64,000 nt of DNA from an uncultured SAR86 cluster bacterium (GCA_902617045.1 CACMVA010000001.1:274902-338901), one strand, 5' to 3'. Numbered from the stretch's first letter, positions 9,131-23,647 are shown. The notes: a model not told the origin generated them from the letters alone. Numbers and translations: made by a program.

Positions 9131-10233
9131 TGGATTTCTATATAACCAAAGAAGAGGTTGTTAAATCACTAAATCTAACACTTGGAGTTGTTGAAAAGAG
9201 ACAAACGTTGCCTATTTTATCAAATGTTTTGTTTGAGGTTGATGAATCATCATTAAAACTTACTGCTACCGACTTAGAGAGTGAAATATCAACAACTTCA
9301 ACAATATCGAATTTCAAGAGCGGTGGAAAAACCACTGCTCCGGCAAGAAAATTAAGTGACCTGTGCAGGCTTATGCCAGACCTGGCTGAAATTCATTTTT
9401 TTCTTGATGGGGATAATTTAAAAATAGAGACCGAGTCTGGTAAGTATAATCTCTCAACTCTTCCAAGCGAAGATTTTCCTGTTTTTGAAACAGAGGACGC
9501 TCAATCCCAAATTAATATTTCATCTCAAAATCTAAAAAATTTAATTACTAAAACATCTTTTGCGATGGGTAATCAGGATTGGCGTCATTACTTAAACGGT
9601 CTTTATATGATGATAGATGATAAAGTTATTACCACCGTTGCAACTGATGCTCATAGACTTGCCATGGCAACTTCATCACTCAACGAAGCTTCGTCTGAAT
9701 CAACAAGTGGAATTGTTCCAAGAAAATCTATTAATGAAATTGGTAAGCTTGTTGGTGACGAATCTGAAAATGTTGTGATTCAACTTGGGCAAACCTCAAT
9801 TGCAGCAAATGTTTCAGGTACTACTTTTGTTAGTAAATTAATTGAAGGTAAATTTCCAGACTATGAACAAGTAATTCCATCTGGTGAAAGTTCACTTTTA
9901 GTTGTTGATAGAAAAAATTTTTCAGAAAGCCTAAGCAGAGTTAGTGTTTTATCTAGTGAAAAATATAAGGGAGTAAGAATAATCACTAAAAAAGATTCTT
10001 TAAATATATCTGCCAATAATCCTGAGAAGGAACAGGGTGAAGAAAACCTTTCATGTGAATATCAAGGTGAAGAAATTGATATAGCTTTTAATGTAAATTA
10101 TTTACAAGAAATATTATCTACTATTGATTCTGAAAAAATAGAAATCAATTTTTTTGGTTCAGAAAAAAGCTGCTTAATAACAGATCCAAATTCTGAAAAT
10201 CTTAAATATGTCGTAATGCCACTTCTTATCTAA
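9130..10233 (+). CDS. dnaN: DNA polymerase III beta sliding clamp
   Basis: 367-aa ORF with a TAATG junction to dnaA. Family-typical three-domain length. Confidence 0.95.
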   Translation: MDFYITKEEVVKSLNLTLGVVEKRQTLPILSNVLFEVDESSLKLTATDLESEISTTSTISNFKSGGKTTAPARKLSDLCRLMPDLAEIHFFLDGDNLKIETESGKYNLSTLPSEDFPVFETEDAQSQINISSQNLKNLITKTSFAMGNQDWRHYLNGLYMMIDDKVITTVATDAHRLAMATSSLNEASSESTSGIVPRKSINEIGKLVGDESENVVIQLGQTSIAANVSGTTFVSKLIEGKFPDYEQVIPSGESSLLVVDRKNFSESLSRVSVLSSEKYKGVRIITKKDSLNISANNPEKEQGEENLSCEYQGEEIDIAFNVNYLQEILSTIDSEKIEINFFGSEKSCLITDPNSENLKYVVMPLLI

Positions 10234-10235
10234 AA

Positions 10236-13937
<3,702 letters not shown>

Positions 13938-13939
13938 TA

Positions 13940-15286
13940 TCAGTGATTTATTAAGTTAATTAAATAATTGTTAAGATTATCAATATTTAATCTTTTTTGC
14001 TCCATTGAGTCTCTGTCTCTTATGGTAACTGAGTCATCTTCAAGTGTTTGAAAGTCAACTGTGATACATACTGGTGTTCCAATTTCATCATGTTTTCGGT
14101 AGCTTTTACCAATATTTCCAGTATTTTCAAATATAATCCTTCCTAAACCAATTTTTTGAAGCTTATTTTTTATATTTTTTGCAGCTTCAACTAGTTCTGT
14201 ATTATTTTTCTTTAAAGGTATAACAGCTGCCTTTATAGGTGATAAATGCGGTTTTAGTCTTAAGACAACCCTAGTTTTATCATTTTCTAGTTCCTCAACA
14301 AAATAAGCTTCATTTAATATTGCTAGAAAGCCTCTTTCTACACCTGCTGATGGCTCGATTACAAATGGCACAACCCATTTACCAGAGTCATCTTGTACTG
14401 CCATTTTACTATTTGAGTGTTTATTTTCTTTTACAGATGATCCAATATTTAATTCATTTTGTTTCTTAGAGTGTGAACCTAAATCAAAATCAGTTCTGTT
14501 TGCAATACCTTCAAGCTCTTCAAGACCATGAGGAAATTTATACATTAAATCAATAGTTTTTTTAGAATAATGAGCTAGTTCTTCTGTGGGTACATCGTAA
14601 AGCTCAATACTTTCTGTGGGTACACCTTGGCTTTTCCACCATTTTAGTCTTTTTTGTACCCATATATCATGAGATTTTTCGTCTTCACCCGGCATAACAA
14701 AATATTCTAATTCCATTTGTTCAAATTCCCTGACTCTAAAAATAAAATTTCTCGGTGTTATTTCATTTCTAAACGCTTTACCAATTTGTGCAATTCCAAA
14801 TGGAACTGGTTTGGATGTTGAATCTATGACGTTTTTAAAGTTTGTGAATATCTGTTGAGCTGTTTCAGGCCTTAGATATGCAAAACTCGAACCATCTTCT
14901 ACTGGACCAACATTAGTTTTGAACATTAAGTTAAATTGTCTTGGTTCAGTTAGATCCTCTGGTTTGCACTCTTTTGGTACTTGATCAGCTCTAAATCTAA
15001 GACCACATGACTTACAATCGACCATTGGATCTGAAAAGGTGTCTTCATGGCCTGAATATCCCAGAACAAGTGGATTTGTAAGAATAGATGAGTCAAGTCC
15101 TTCAATATCATCATTTTCATACACCATTGCGTCCCACCAGGCATTCTTAATATTATTTTTTAGCTCAACACCCAGTGGTCCAAAATCGTATGTTCCTTGA
15201 AGACCACCGTAAATTTCACTAGATTGGAATATAAATCCTCTTCTTTTGCATAAAGCAACTAGCTCTTCCATATTTTTAGCTGGCAA
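13940..15286 (-). CDS. glyQS: Glycine--tRNA ligase, single-chain alpha2 (GlyQS) type
   Basis: 448-aa ORF with class II motifs YLRPETAQ and EPSAGVERG, plus a C-terminal anticodon-binding domain. Confidence 0.9.
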   Translation of the reverse strand: MPAKNMEELVALCKRRGFIFQSSEIYGGLQGTYDFGPLGVELKNNIKNAWWDAMVYENDDIEGLDSSILTNPLVLGYSGHEDTFSDPMVDCKSCGLRFRADQVPKECKPEDLTEPRQFNLMFKTNVGPVEDGSSFAYLRPETAQQIFTNFKNVIDSTSKPVPFGIAQIGKAFRNEITPRNFIFRVREFEQMELEYFVMPGEDEKSHDIWVQKRLKWWKSQGVPTESIELYDVPTEELAHYSKKTIDLMYKFPHGLEELEGIANRTDFDLGSHSKKQNELNIGSSVKENKHSNSKMAVQDDSGKWVVPFVIEPSAGVERGFLAILNEAYFVEELENDKTRVVLRLKPHLSPIKAAVIPLKKNNTELVEAAKNIKNKLQKIGLGRIIFENTGNIGKSYRKHDEIGTPVCITVDFQTLEDDSVTIRDRDSMEQKRLNIDNLNNYLINLINH

Positions 15287-15399
15287 TTTAAATCTCCTTA
15301 AAATTTAACATTTGTCCCTTTTATTTAGAGGCTTATTTTAAATTATCTGTGTATAATTAATTCTTTTGTGATTATATATCAAGCTTTTAAATTATTATC

Positions 15400-16266
15400 A
15401 TGATATTTATACTATTTTATATTCTTTCTTACATTCCTAGGTTTATCTTAGTTTTTTTTATCGATTTATTCATTTACTTGCGACTTTATAAGATTACTAA
15501 GTCTTATAAGATAACAAAAATTAATCTTAAAATAGCTTATCCTGAACTAACTCTCCCAAATATTGAATTGTTATCAAGAAGAAGTATAAGAGAGTCCATT
15601 ATGTCAGGATTTGAGACAATATATTCATGGGGGAGATCATTTTCAGATTCAAACAATTTAATTTTTAAAATAGAAAATAATTTTTTACTAAAAAGAAATA
15701 TTTTAAGCGAACAAGGATTAATTTGTGTCGCAATACATAACAGAAGTGTTGATATGCTACTAACCTGGATTAACTCGCAAACGCCAACAGTAAGTCTTTA
15801 TAAAGAGATTAAAAATAAATACATGGAAAAATTTGTTAAAAATAACAGGGAAATAAATAACTCAGTGAGTGTTAAAACCTCAATATCTGGTGTTAGAAGG
15901 ATTTACAAGGCTTTAAAGGATAAAAAAGTAATATGTTTTGCTGCAGATCAAGTTCCCAAAAGGGGCCTAGGACAACACATAAAGTTATACAATAAAATGG
16001 CATATACAACCACACTTGTTCAAAATTTGGCTTCTAAAACGAATTGCCCAGTGATATATCTCTGTATGAATTCAAATATTAATGGTTATCTTTCTGTATC
16101 AATAAAGCCTTGTAGTGATGATATTTATGATAATAGTAAGCACTTACAATTAGTAAATAAAGATATAGAAAAATTAATTAATAGAAGGCCAATAGATTAT
16201 TCATGGGAATATAAAAGGTTTAAGAGAAGCTTGCCTGAAGAAGAAAATTTATACAGTGGTATATAG
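15400..16266 (+). CDS. Lipid A biosynthesis (LpxL/HtrB/MsbB family) acyltransferase
   Basis: 288-aa ORF with an N-terminal TM, an H(X)4D motif (HNRSVD), and family-like length and layout. Confidence 0.6.
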   Translation: MIFILFYILSYIPRFILVFFIDLFIYLRLYKITKSYKITKINLKIAYPELTLPNIELLSRRSIRESIMSGFETIYSWGRSFSDSNNLIFKIENNFLLKRNILSEQGLICVAIHNRSVDMLLTWINSQTPTVSLYKEIKNKYMEKFVKNNREINNSVSVKTSISGVRRIYKALKDKKVICFAADQVPKRGLGQHIKLYNKMAYTTTLVQNLASKTNCPVIYLCMNSNINGYLSVSIKPCSDDIYDNSKHLQLVNKDIEKLINRRPIDYSWEYKRFKRSLPEEENLYSGI

Positions 16267-17703
16267 TTATTTAGCCCAAAACATTGGAGTTAAGATTACC
16301 AAAAGCGTGAATATCTCTAATCTACCCAAAAGCATTGCAAAGGCTAATGTGCTCTTAGTAAAAGCACCTAGATTAGAATAATTTTCTGATACCACTCCTA
16401 ATCCAGGACCGAGATTGTTAAGGCATGCACCCACTGCTGAAAATGCAGATTCTAAATCAAGACCCGAGGTTAAAACAGCAAGTAAAAGTATCATAAAAGA
16501 AATAACATAAATAGAAAAAAAGCCCCATACAGATGTGGCAACTTCATCATCTACACTTCTTGAGCCTATCTTTAAAGATATTACTGAATTTGGATGAATT
16601 ATCTTCATGATATTAGAGTAAGCATGATTTAACATTATCATGACTCTCCATGACTTTACTCCACCTCCAACTGAGCCTGAACAAGCTCCAATAAAAGCCC
16701 CTATAAGTAAAAGAAAAGATATTGATAATGGCCAGTTTGAAGTATCAGAAATTGAGAAACCTGTCGTCGTTATCATTGAAACTGAATGAAAAACAATTTC
16801 TTTATAGCTAGGACCATTTTCGTAATTAGAAATTAAATTTATAAGAAACGAGACAATCAAAACTAATAATAGTATTGAAAAGAAAAATCTAAACTCTGGA
16901 TCATAAAAGTACTTCAACGGCTTTCTTCTGTAAATTGCAAAATAATGAAGCGTAAAACTAAATGCAGATAAAAGCATAAATACAATGCATATAATCTCAA
17001 TCGTTGTGCTATTAAAATATCCAATGCTTTCGTTGTGAGTAGAAAATCCTCCAATTGCAACTGTTGACATTGCGTGTGACACTGCATCAAATGGAGACAT
17101 TCCACCCAAGTAATATAAAAGTGCACATACAATGGTAAGTCCAAGATATATAGACCATAACGCTTGTGCTGTTTCCTTTATTCTTGGTGTAAGTCTTTGT
17201 TCGCCCATAGCTCCAGGTATCTCAGTTTTATATATTTGACCACCCCCAATGCCTAATAATGGCATCACGGCGATTGCTAGAACTATAAGACCCATTCCAC
17301 CCATCCATTGGAGCATTTGTCTATAGAATAGAATAGATTCAGGTAGGGTATCTATATTTGAAATAACAGTTGCTCCAGTAGTAGTAATTCCTGACATTGA
17401 CTCAAAGAAAGAGTCAATTATGCTCATTCCACTTAAGTAGAATGGTATTGAGCCTGCAAAGGACAGGACAACCCAGAACATAACTATAATTACAAAACCA
17501 TCCTTCTGAGATAATTCATTATTTATATTTCTGGTTATTATTAATCCAACAACACCCACCAAGCTTATTGATATAAATGTTTTTAAAAAAATATAAAAGG
17601 CATCGTCATTAAAAATAATTGATATAAAAATTGGAAAAACAAACGAAAAGCTGAAAAATAAAATCAACACACTAAAAAGGTTTAATATTGACTTAGGATT
17701 CAT
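16267..17703 (-). CDS. trkH: Trk system potassium uptake protein TrkH
   Basis: 478-aa polytopic membrane ORF. TAATG-type 1-nt junction with upstream trkA. Confidence 0.85.
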   Translation of the reverse strand: MNPKSILNLFSVLILFFSFSFVFPIFISIIFNDDAFYIFLKTFISISLVGVVGLIITRNINNELSQKDGFVIIVMFWVVLSFAGSIPFYLSGMSIIDSFFESMSGITTTGATVISNIDTLPESILFYRQMLQWMGGMGLIVLAIAVMPLLGIGGGQIYKTEIPGAMGEQRLTPRIKETAQALWSIYLGLTIVCALLYYLGGMSPFDAVSHAMSTVAIGGFSTHNESIGYFNSTTIEIICIVFMLLSAFSFTLHYFAIYRRKPLKYFYDPEFRFFFSILLLVLIVSFLINLISNYENGPSYKEIVFHSVSMITTTGFSISDTSNWPLSISFLLLIGAFIGACSGSVGGGVKSWRVMIMLNHAYSNIMKIIHPNSVISLKIGSRSVDDEVATSVWGFFSIYVISFMILLLAVLTSGLDLESAFSAVGACLNNLGPGLGVVSENYSNLGAFTKSTLAFAMLLGRLEIFTLLVILTPMFWAK

Positions 17704-19058
17704 TATTGCGTTTTAAAAAGAATCTCGACCTCAGAAACCATGTCTTTATTTGCTAAAAATATAATTAAATGATCATTTAAACAAAGCTCAACATTAGAAT
17801 CGGGCATTATCAAATCACCATGTCTAACAACTGCGCCAATTGAAGCTCCCTCAGGTAAAGGTATTTCTTTAACCGATTTTCCGAATAGATTTGAAGTAAA
17901 CTCATTTGCATGAACAACACCTTCAATGGCTTCGGCCCCAGTATCCATTTTTAATAATACATCTTGAGTAACATCACTTTCTCTAAGATCCTGAAGTACT
18001 GAAGAAACTGTTAGCCTGTAGGGTGCTATATATATATCAATAAAGCCTGGAACCAGACCAAGATATGATGGATTATTTAAAATAATCATTGTTTTTTTTG
18101 CACCCATTTTCTTTGCAATGAGTGAAGACATTAAGTTTGTCTCATCATCGTCAGTAAGAGCACAAAAAATGTCAATATTTGATATATTCTCGCTTTTAAG
18201 AAGGTCCTCATCAGTGGCAGATCCACTTAGGACGATAGTTTTATCAAGTTTCTTAGATAATTCTTTACATTTTTGTTTATTTGAATCAACTAGTTTTATT
18301 TTGTAATCATTTTCTAGCTCTTTTGCTAATGAGTAGCCTATTTTTCCGCCTCCAATAATCATTACCCTTGAATAAATATCAATCTTATCTCTAAATTCAT
18401 TAACAATTAGATCAATGTTAGAAACAGAAGATACAAAATAGACCTCATCACCTTCTTTTATAATAGTTTCACCTGAGGGAATAAAGGGCTTTCCTTTTCT
18501 ATAAATGGATGCAACAAAGGCATTTGTATCTGGCATGTCATCTTTAATGCCTTTTAGTTCTCTTCCAACAAGTTTACCTTTCTTTTTTGCTTTTACACTA
18601 ACGAGATTTACTTTTCCGTCAGCAAATTTTTCTATTTGCTCTGTCCCAGGGTGTTTAATAAGCTCTTTAAGATGATTCATAACCTCTTTTTCAGGGCTAA
18701 TAACAATGTCAACAATGTCAGCACCAAATATATCTAAGTTTTCTGAATAAGTTTCTTCTGACAATCTACATATTGTTTTCTTAACATTGAAACTATTTTT
18801 TGCTATCTGACAAGCAATTAAATTAACTTCATCATTTGAGGTAACCGCAATTACAGTTGTAGATTCATCAGCACCAGCTTTTTTAATTGAAAGAGGGTGC
18901 GAAGCATGTCCTTCTACTGTCAAAATATCAAGCTTATCCTCTAAGGCAGCAAGAGAAGATTTATCAAAATCAACAATCGAAACATCATAGTTATTATTTA
19001 CTAATGCAGTGGCAAGACTTCCACCAACTCGACCAGCACCTAAAATTAGTACTTTCAT
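17703..19058 (-). CDS. trkA: Trk system potassium uptake protein TrkA
   Basis: 451-aa ORF with two Rossmann folds (GAGRVGGSLA, GGGKIGYSLA) and RCK_C domains. Confidence 0.9.
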   Translation of the reverse strand: MKVLILGAGRVGGSLATALVNNNYDVSIVDFDKSSLAALEDKLDILTVEGHASHPLSIKKAGADESTTVIAVTSNDEVNLIACQIAKNSFNVKKTICRLSEETYSENLDIFGADIVDIVISPEKEVMNHLKELIKHPGTEQIEKFADGKVNLVSVKAKKKGKLVGRELKGIKDDMPDTNAFVASIYRKGKPFIPSGETIIKEGDEVYFVSSVSNIDLIVNEFRDKIDIYSRVMIIGGGKIGYSLAKELENDYKIKLVDSNKQKCKELSKKLDKTIVLSGSATDEDLLKSENISNIDIFCALTDDDETNLMSSLIAKKMGAKKTMIILNNPSYLGLVPGFIDIYIAPYRLTVSSVLQDLRESDVTQDVLLKMDTGAEAIEGVVHANEFTSNLFGKSVKEIPLPEGASIGAVVRHGDLIMPDSNVELCLNDHLIIFLANKDMVSEVEILFKTQ

Positions 19059-19116
19059 AGTGTGTAAATTAAACCTCTTTTTAAATAAAGCAAGACTTAT
19101 CGTATAAATTTATTTT

Positions 19117-20037
19117 TTATGAAAAAAAATCTCTATGTGAATTATAAAGATCAGTTGATGAAATAATGTTCTTGTTTTGAAATTGTAAGTAAGTAATCAC
19201 TACCACTTTATCACCTGTATTTATAAACAATCCTGTCTTATCAATTTTGTGGACTGTTCCAGGAATATCACTGCTGTTTTCGTTAGTTTTTTCAATTTTA
19301 TGAATTTTAATAACTTTATTTTTATAGTTGAAATATATGCCTGGCCATTCAATATACGCCCTATATTTATTAATAATATTAGTGCTGCCATCATTAAAAT
19401 TTATTTCTGATTCTTGTTTTAAAACCTTATTACAATAAGTTGCTTTTGAATGATCCTGAGGTGTAGCATTTAATTCATTTGAATTAATTTTATCTAGAAT
19501 ACTAAATAGGTTTGTATTACATAATTCAGTTAATTTTCTTTCAAGTGAAATCTTATCATCATCATCTTCAATATTTTTTTCAAAGACTGAATAGATGTCA
19601 CCAGAGTCGAGCTTATTATTTATTTTAATTATTGATATCCCAGTAGATGTGTCGCCGTTTAAAATTGCCGATTGAATTGGTGATGCCCCTCTATATTTTG
19701 GAAGAATAGAAAAATGGATATTAATTGGTGAAACTGTTGGTAAATTTAATAACCAACTGGGGATAATTTTTCCATAAGCTACTACAATTAGAAATTCAAC
19801 CTCTATCGATGATAGTTCAGCTTTCAAGTTATCATTATCCAGATGCTCGGGTTTAAAGGTTTTAATATCTAAAGATCTTGCTTTATTCGCAACAGCAGAC
19901 TCTATTAATTTACTGCCTCTTTTGCCCCTTTTGTCAGGCTGAGTAATAACTGCTTTAATATTTATATTTGATTCATTTGACAAAGAATCTAGAACTTTAG
20001 CAGCGCTATGAGGACTACCAGCAAATAAAATATTCAT
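19117..20037 (-). CDS. fmt: Methionyl-tRNA formyltransferase
   Basis: 306-aa ORF with motif HFSILPKYRGASPIQ. Downstream of def. Confidence 0.9.
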   Translation of the reverse strand: MNILFAGSPHSAAKVLDSLSNESNINIKAVITQPDKRGKRGSKLIESAVANKARSLDIKTFKPEHLDNDNLKAELSSIEVEFLIVVAYGKIIPSWLLNLPTVSPINIHFSILPKYRGASPIQSAILNGDTSTGISIIKINNKLDSGDIYSVFEKNIEDDDDKISLERKLTELCNTNLFSILDKINSNELNATPQDHSKATYCNKVLKQESEINFNDGSTNIINKYRAYIEWPGIYFNYKNKVIKIHKIEKTNENSSDIPGTVHKIDKTGLFINTGDKVVVITYLQFQNKNIISSTDLYNSHRDFFS

Positions 20038-20061
20038 AAATTCATTTAATATCTGTTAAAT

Positions 20062-20565
20062 TCACCTAAAATCTTTTAAAAGCTTATTTCTTATGCGATC
20101 TCTCTTTAAAGCACTTACATAATCAACCATTAATTTGCCGTCTAAGTGATCTATTTCATGTTGAATACATACTGTCAGAATGCCTTCTGGGGTATCCTCC
20201 ATAGTTTCTCCACTCAAATTTTGCCAAATAAGTTTGATTTTATCTGGCCTGGCTATTGTTTCATTAAATCCGGGTATTGATAAGCATCCTTCTTCAAATT
20301 CAAACATTTCATATCCTTCAAGAATTTCATACTCTGGGTTTACAAATATTCTTGGATCATTTCTTTCCTCAGAAAGATCCATAACTACAAGCCTTATATG
20401 TTTGTCTACTTGTGTTGCTGCTAAACCTATTCCATTAGCTTCATACATAGTTTCGAGCATATCTTGGGCTAATTTTTCTAGACATTTGTCGAATTTAGTA
20501 ACTTTTTCAGCTACTTTTCTTAATCTAGGGTCTGGAAATATTAAAATATCTAATTTTTTAGCCAT
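20062..20565 (-). CDS. def: Peptide deformylase
   Basis: 167-aa ORF with motifs GIGLAATQ, EGCLSIPG and QHEIDHLDG. Confidence 0.95.
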   Translation of the reverse strand: MAKKLDILIFPDPRLRKVAEKVTKFDKCLEKLAQDMLETMYEANGIGLAATQVDKHIRLVVMDLSEERNDPRIFVNPEYEILEGYEMFEFEEGCLSIPGFNETIARPDKIKLIWQNLSGETMEDTPEGILTVCIQHEIDHLDGKLMVDYVSALKRDRIRNKLLKDFR

Positions 20566-20579
20566 TTTTAAAGTTTTTC

Positions 20580-20601
20580 ATTATAATTTCGAGATTATAA
20601 T
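20580..20601. promoter_or_regulatory. Two copies of the palindromic octamer ATTATAAT (possible bidirectional -10 elements) in the def/purE divergent spacer
   Basis: ATTATAAT occurs at 20580-20587 and 20594-20601. It is its own reverse complement and contains TATAAT on both strands. Confidence 0.3.
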
Positions 20602-20628
20602 CCACTTAACAATTTAAGAGTACATAAA

Positions 20629-21129
20629 ATGACAAATGAAACAGTACAAGTAGCCATTATAATGGGTTCTGACTCAGATCTTCCCGTTGTAGAAGCAAGT
20701 TTTTCAATATTAGATGATTTTGGTGTCAAATACACTAAGAACGTAATGTCAGCGCATAGAACGCCTCATGATGTTATGGAGCTAATAAAAACCTCTGAGG
20801 AAAACGGATGTAAAGTTTTTATAGCAGCTGCTGGCATGGCAGCTCATCTTGCCGGAGCGGTAGCGGCTCACTCAACAAAACCAGTAATAGGTATTCCTAT
20901 AGAATCAGGCGGCATGGGTGGAATTGATTCCTTGTTGTCCACTGCAATGATGCCACCGGGAGTTCCTGTTGCAACAGTAGCCGTTGGCAAAAGTGGGGCA
21001 AAAAATAGTGCAATACTTGCAGTTCAGATTCTTGCAACTAGTGATGAAGATCTTGCACAAAAGTTGGTTGAGTATAAACAAAATATGAGATCTGAAGTTT
21101 TAGAAAAAGATAAAAAACTTAATTCATAA
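20629..21129 (+). CDS. purE: N5-carboxyaminoimidazole ribonucleotide mutase (class I PurE)
   Basis: 166-aa ORF with motifs GSDSD, SAHRTP and AAHLAG. Confidence 0.9.
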   Translation: MTNETVQVAIIMGSDSDLPVVEASFSILDDFGVKYTKNVMSAHRTPHDVMELIKTSEENGCKVFIAAAGMAAHLAGAVAAHSTKPVIGIPIESGGMGGIDSLLSTAMMPPGVPVATVAVGKSGAKNSAILAVQILATSDEDLAQKLVEYKQNMRSEVLEKDKKLNS

Positions 21130-21690
21130 TTGAAAAACAATGCTCTAAATATCAACTCATCCGTTGAGTGGTTAAATGCTGGAAAAATTCTAGCTCATCC
21201 TACTGAATCAATTTGGGGCTTGGGTTGCGATGCGCTGAATGAAGAAGCGGTGAAACTTATTTTTAAGATAAAAAAAAGAGATAAAAAAAAGAACTTTATT
21301 TTGCTTGTAAAATCACTCGAATCATTTGAAAAATATTTAGAAGAAATAAATACGGAAGATAAAATTTTTTTAAATAAACATTGGCCTGGACCATATACTT
21401 TCTTAATTAAATACAATGAAAAACTTCCAACTCATTTAAAAAATGCATCTGGCAAAATAGCAATAAGAGTGAGTAATCACTTACCTATTAGACACCTATT
21501 TGAAAGTTTTTCTGGCTTTATGGTATCAACATCTGCAAATATCTCTGGTGAAGAAAATATTAATAATCCTAACCATATTATGAATTATTTTGAATACGAA
21601 GAGATGGCATATTATGATGAAATATTAGGTGACAATAAAAGCCCTTCAACTATTATTGATTTAGAATCTAGAGCAATTATTAGAGAATAA
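21130..21690 (+). CDS. tsaC: Threonylcarbamoyl-AMP synthase (TsaC/YrdC)
   Basis: 186-aa ORF with a TTG start. YrdC-domain features include STSANISG. Confidence 0.8.
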   Translation: MKNNALNINSSVEWLNAGKILAHPTESIWGLGCDALNEEAVKLIFKIKKRDKKKNFILLVKSLESFEKYLEEINTEDKIFLNKHWPGPYTFLIKYNEKLPTHLKNASGKIAIRVSNHLPIRHLFESFSGFMVSTSANISGEENINNPNHIMNYFEYEEMAYYDEILGDNKSPSTIIDLESRAIIRE

Positions 21691-21691
21691 T

Positions 21692-22597
21692 ATGTTAATA
21701 AATTTAGAAAAATCTTTTAAAAAAATTCAATCATTAATCATTAAAAATTTTAAACTTCTAGAGGGTTCATCTTCTGCAGAAATTTCATCTGATGTATGGA
21801 AAAGGCCTGAAGGTGGCGGAGGAAAAACCTTTGTAATATCTAACGGTAATTTCTTTGATAATTGTGCTGTAAATTTCTCGTCAATATATGGTAAAAATAT
21901 GCCTACAAGTGCACTTGGAAAAAAATTAGCAAAAAAAATTGATCATGGCTATCAAGCCATGGGTGTTTCTGTGATCTCTCACCCAAAAAATCCATATGTT
22001 CCAACTAGTCATATGAATGTTCGTCTATTTGGAATATTAGACAAGAATAAAAACATAAAAGATTGGTGGATTGGAGGTGGCTATGATTTAACACCTTATA
22101 TATCTTTTTCAGAAGATAATATTAGTTGGCACAACTCAGCAAAAGAAACTCTTGATAAATATAACAAAAATTTTCATAAGTCATTTTCTGAGAATTGTAA
22201 TAAATATTTTTATATACCTCATAGAAAAGAAAGAAGGGGTATTGGAGGTATCTTTTTTGATAATCTATCTAGCTTAAGCCTCGACGATAGCTTAAAAATG
22301 CTAAATTCTGTTGCAAGCACCTATTTAAATTCATATTTAGATATTGTTTCTAAAAGAAAGAAAATAAAGTATTCCTCAGATGAGAAAGATTTTCAGCTAA
22401 TTAGGAGAGGAAGATATGCTGAATTTAATCTAATATATGACAGAGGAACGTCATTTGGGCTTCAATCAAACGGAAGAATTGAATCAATCTTAGCTTCACT
22501 TCCAACAGAAGTTAAATGGAAGTATAAAAAAAATAAAAAATACAAAATAATGGAAAGAGCCCTACTTAAAAATCTTAATAGAGATTGGAATGAATAA
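21692..22597 (+). CDS. hemF: Oxygen-dependent coproporphyrinogen-III oxidase
   Basis: 301-aa ORF with typical HemF segments (WKRPEGGGGKT, RRGIGGIFFD). Confidence 0.9.
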   Translation: MLINLEKSFKKIQSLIIKNFKLLEGSSSAEISSDVWKRPEGGGGKTFVISNGNFFDNCAVNFSSIYGKNMPTSALGKKLAKKIDHGYQAMGVSVISHPKNPYVPTSHMNVRLFGILDKNKNIKDWWIGGGYDLTPYISFSEDNISWHNSAKETLDKYNKNFHKSFSENCNKYFYIPHRKERRGIGGIFFDNLSSLSLDDSLKMLNSVASTYLNSYLDIVSKRKKIKYSSDEKDFQLIRRGRYAEFNLIYDRGTSFGLQSNGRIESILASLPTEVKWKYKKNKKYKIMERALLKNLNRDWNE

Positions 22598-23408
22598 AAA
22601 ATACAAACTTGGTGTTGTTGGGCGACCTATTGAGCATTCATTATCTCCGTTTATACACTCAAGATTTTCAAGGAATGAAAACATTAATATTGAGTATTTG
22701 CCTTATAAAGTAGATGAGTCTGATTTTGAAATCTTCATAAAAGAATTTTTCTCTGATAAAGATTCAAAAGGATTAAATGTAACTCTTCCATATAAAAAAA
22801 ATGCTGCCAATCTTAATGGAAATATTTCATCAGAAGCAAAATATATAAATGCAGTAAATACTCTGGTTAAATCAAATGGAGAACTTTCACTATATTCAAC
22901 TGACGGAAAAGGCTTTATTAACGATATTGATTCAAAGGGCCTTGATTTAAAAAATAAGAAAGTTCTGATGATTGGAGCGGGAGCAGCCATAGAAAGTGTA
23001 TTGTATAGAGTCGCAAAAAGCAGCACTAAAAGTATTACTTTATTTAACAGGACTGAAGAAAAAGCAAATAGGCTGATTAGAAAGTTTTCTAATATGGGAA
23101 AAATAGACTTATTTCATGAAGAACAAAATTCTGTTTTCGATGTTGTTATAAATGGATCATCAGCAGGATTAACAGGCGAATTTGAGCCAATAGAAGAAGT
23201 CTTTACAAATTCTAATACTTACTTTTACGATTTGAATTATTCTTTAACTGAAACGCCTTTTTGTAAATGGGCTAGTGAAAATTCTAAACATGTATTTGAT
23301 GGCATAGGCATGCTCGTGTATCAAGCAGCATTCTCTTTTGAAAAATGGTTTGATGTATTTCCAGAAACAGATAGTGTTATTAGTGATCTTGAGGGAATGA
23401 GAGAATGA
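22590..23408 (+). CDS. aroE: Shikimate dehydrogenase
   Basis: 272-aa ORF with motifs SLSPFIHS and NVTLPYK and a glycine-rich NADP site GAGAA. Confidence 0.85.
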   Translation: MNKKYKLGVVGRPIEHSLSPFIHSRFSRNENINIEYLPYKVDESDFEIFIKEFFSDKDSKGLNVTLPYKKNAANLNGNISSEAKYINAVNTLVKSNGELSLYSTDGKGFINDIDSKGLDLKNKKVLMIGAGAAIESVLYRVAKSSTKSITLFNRTEEKANRLIRKFSNMGKIDLFHEEQNSVFDVVINGSSAGLTGEFEPIEEVFTNSNTYFYDLNYSLTETPFCKWASENSKHVFDGIGMLVYQAAFSFEKWFDVFPETDSVISDLEGMRE

Positions 23409-23617
23409 AACGATTTGTACAATTCATAGCTGGAGCAATCTGTCCTGAATGTAAATCACAAGACACTATCGCTCTTAATCCTACAGATGATGAAATTTAT
23501 TGTGTTAATTGTGATTTTGTTGAAAAAAGACCTAAAGAAAAATCTAATGATAATATCAATGAAATTAAGGTGGTCAATTTAGAAGATTTTAAAAAAAATA
23601 GGGAAGAAAATCGATAG
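23405..23617 (+). CDS. YheV-family zinc-ribbon protein
   Basis: 70-aa ORF with two CxxC pairs (CPEC, CVNC) and an N-terminus similar to E. coli YheV. ATGA overlap with aroE. Confidence 0.55.
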   Translation: MKRFVQFIAGAICPECKSQDTIALNPTDDEIYCVNCDFVEKRPKEKSNDNINEIKVVNLEDFKKNREENR

Positions 23618-23647
23618 AAATTAAACCTTCAAACATATATCATACGT

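Noticed and set aside
20180-20617. 145-aa plus-strand ORF covering almost the whole of def on the opposite strand
   Set aside because: It is a shadow ORF antisense to a strongly supported gene. It is Ser/Ile/Leu-rich and low in complexity, has no recognisable motif, and runs into the def/purE promoter spacer.
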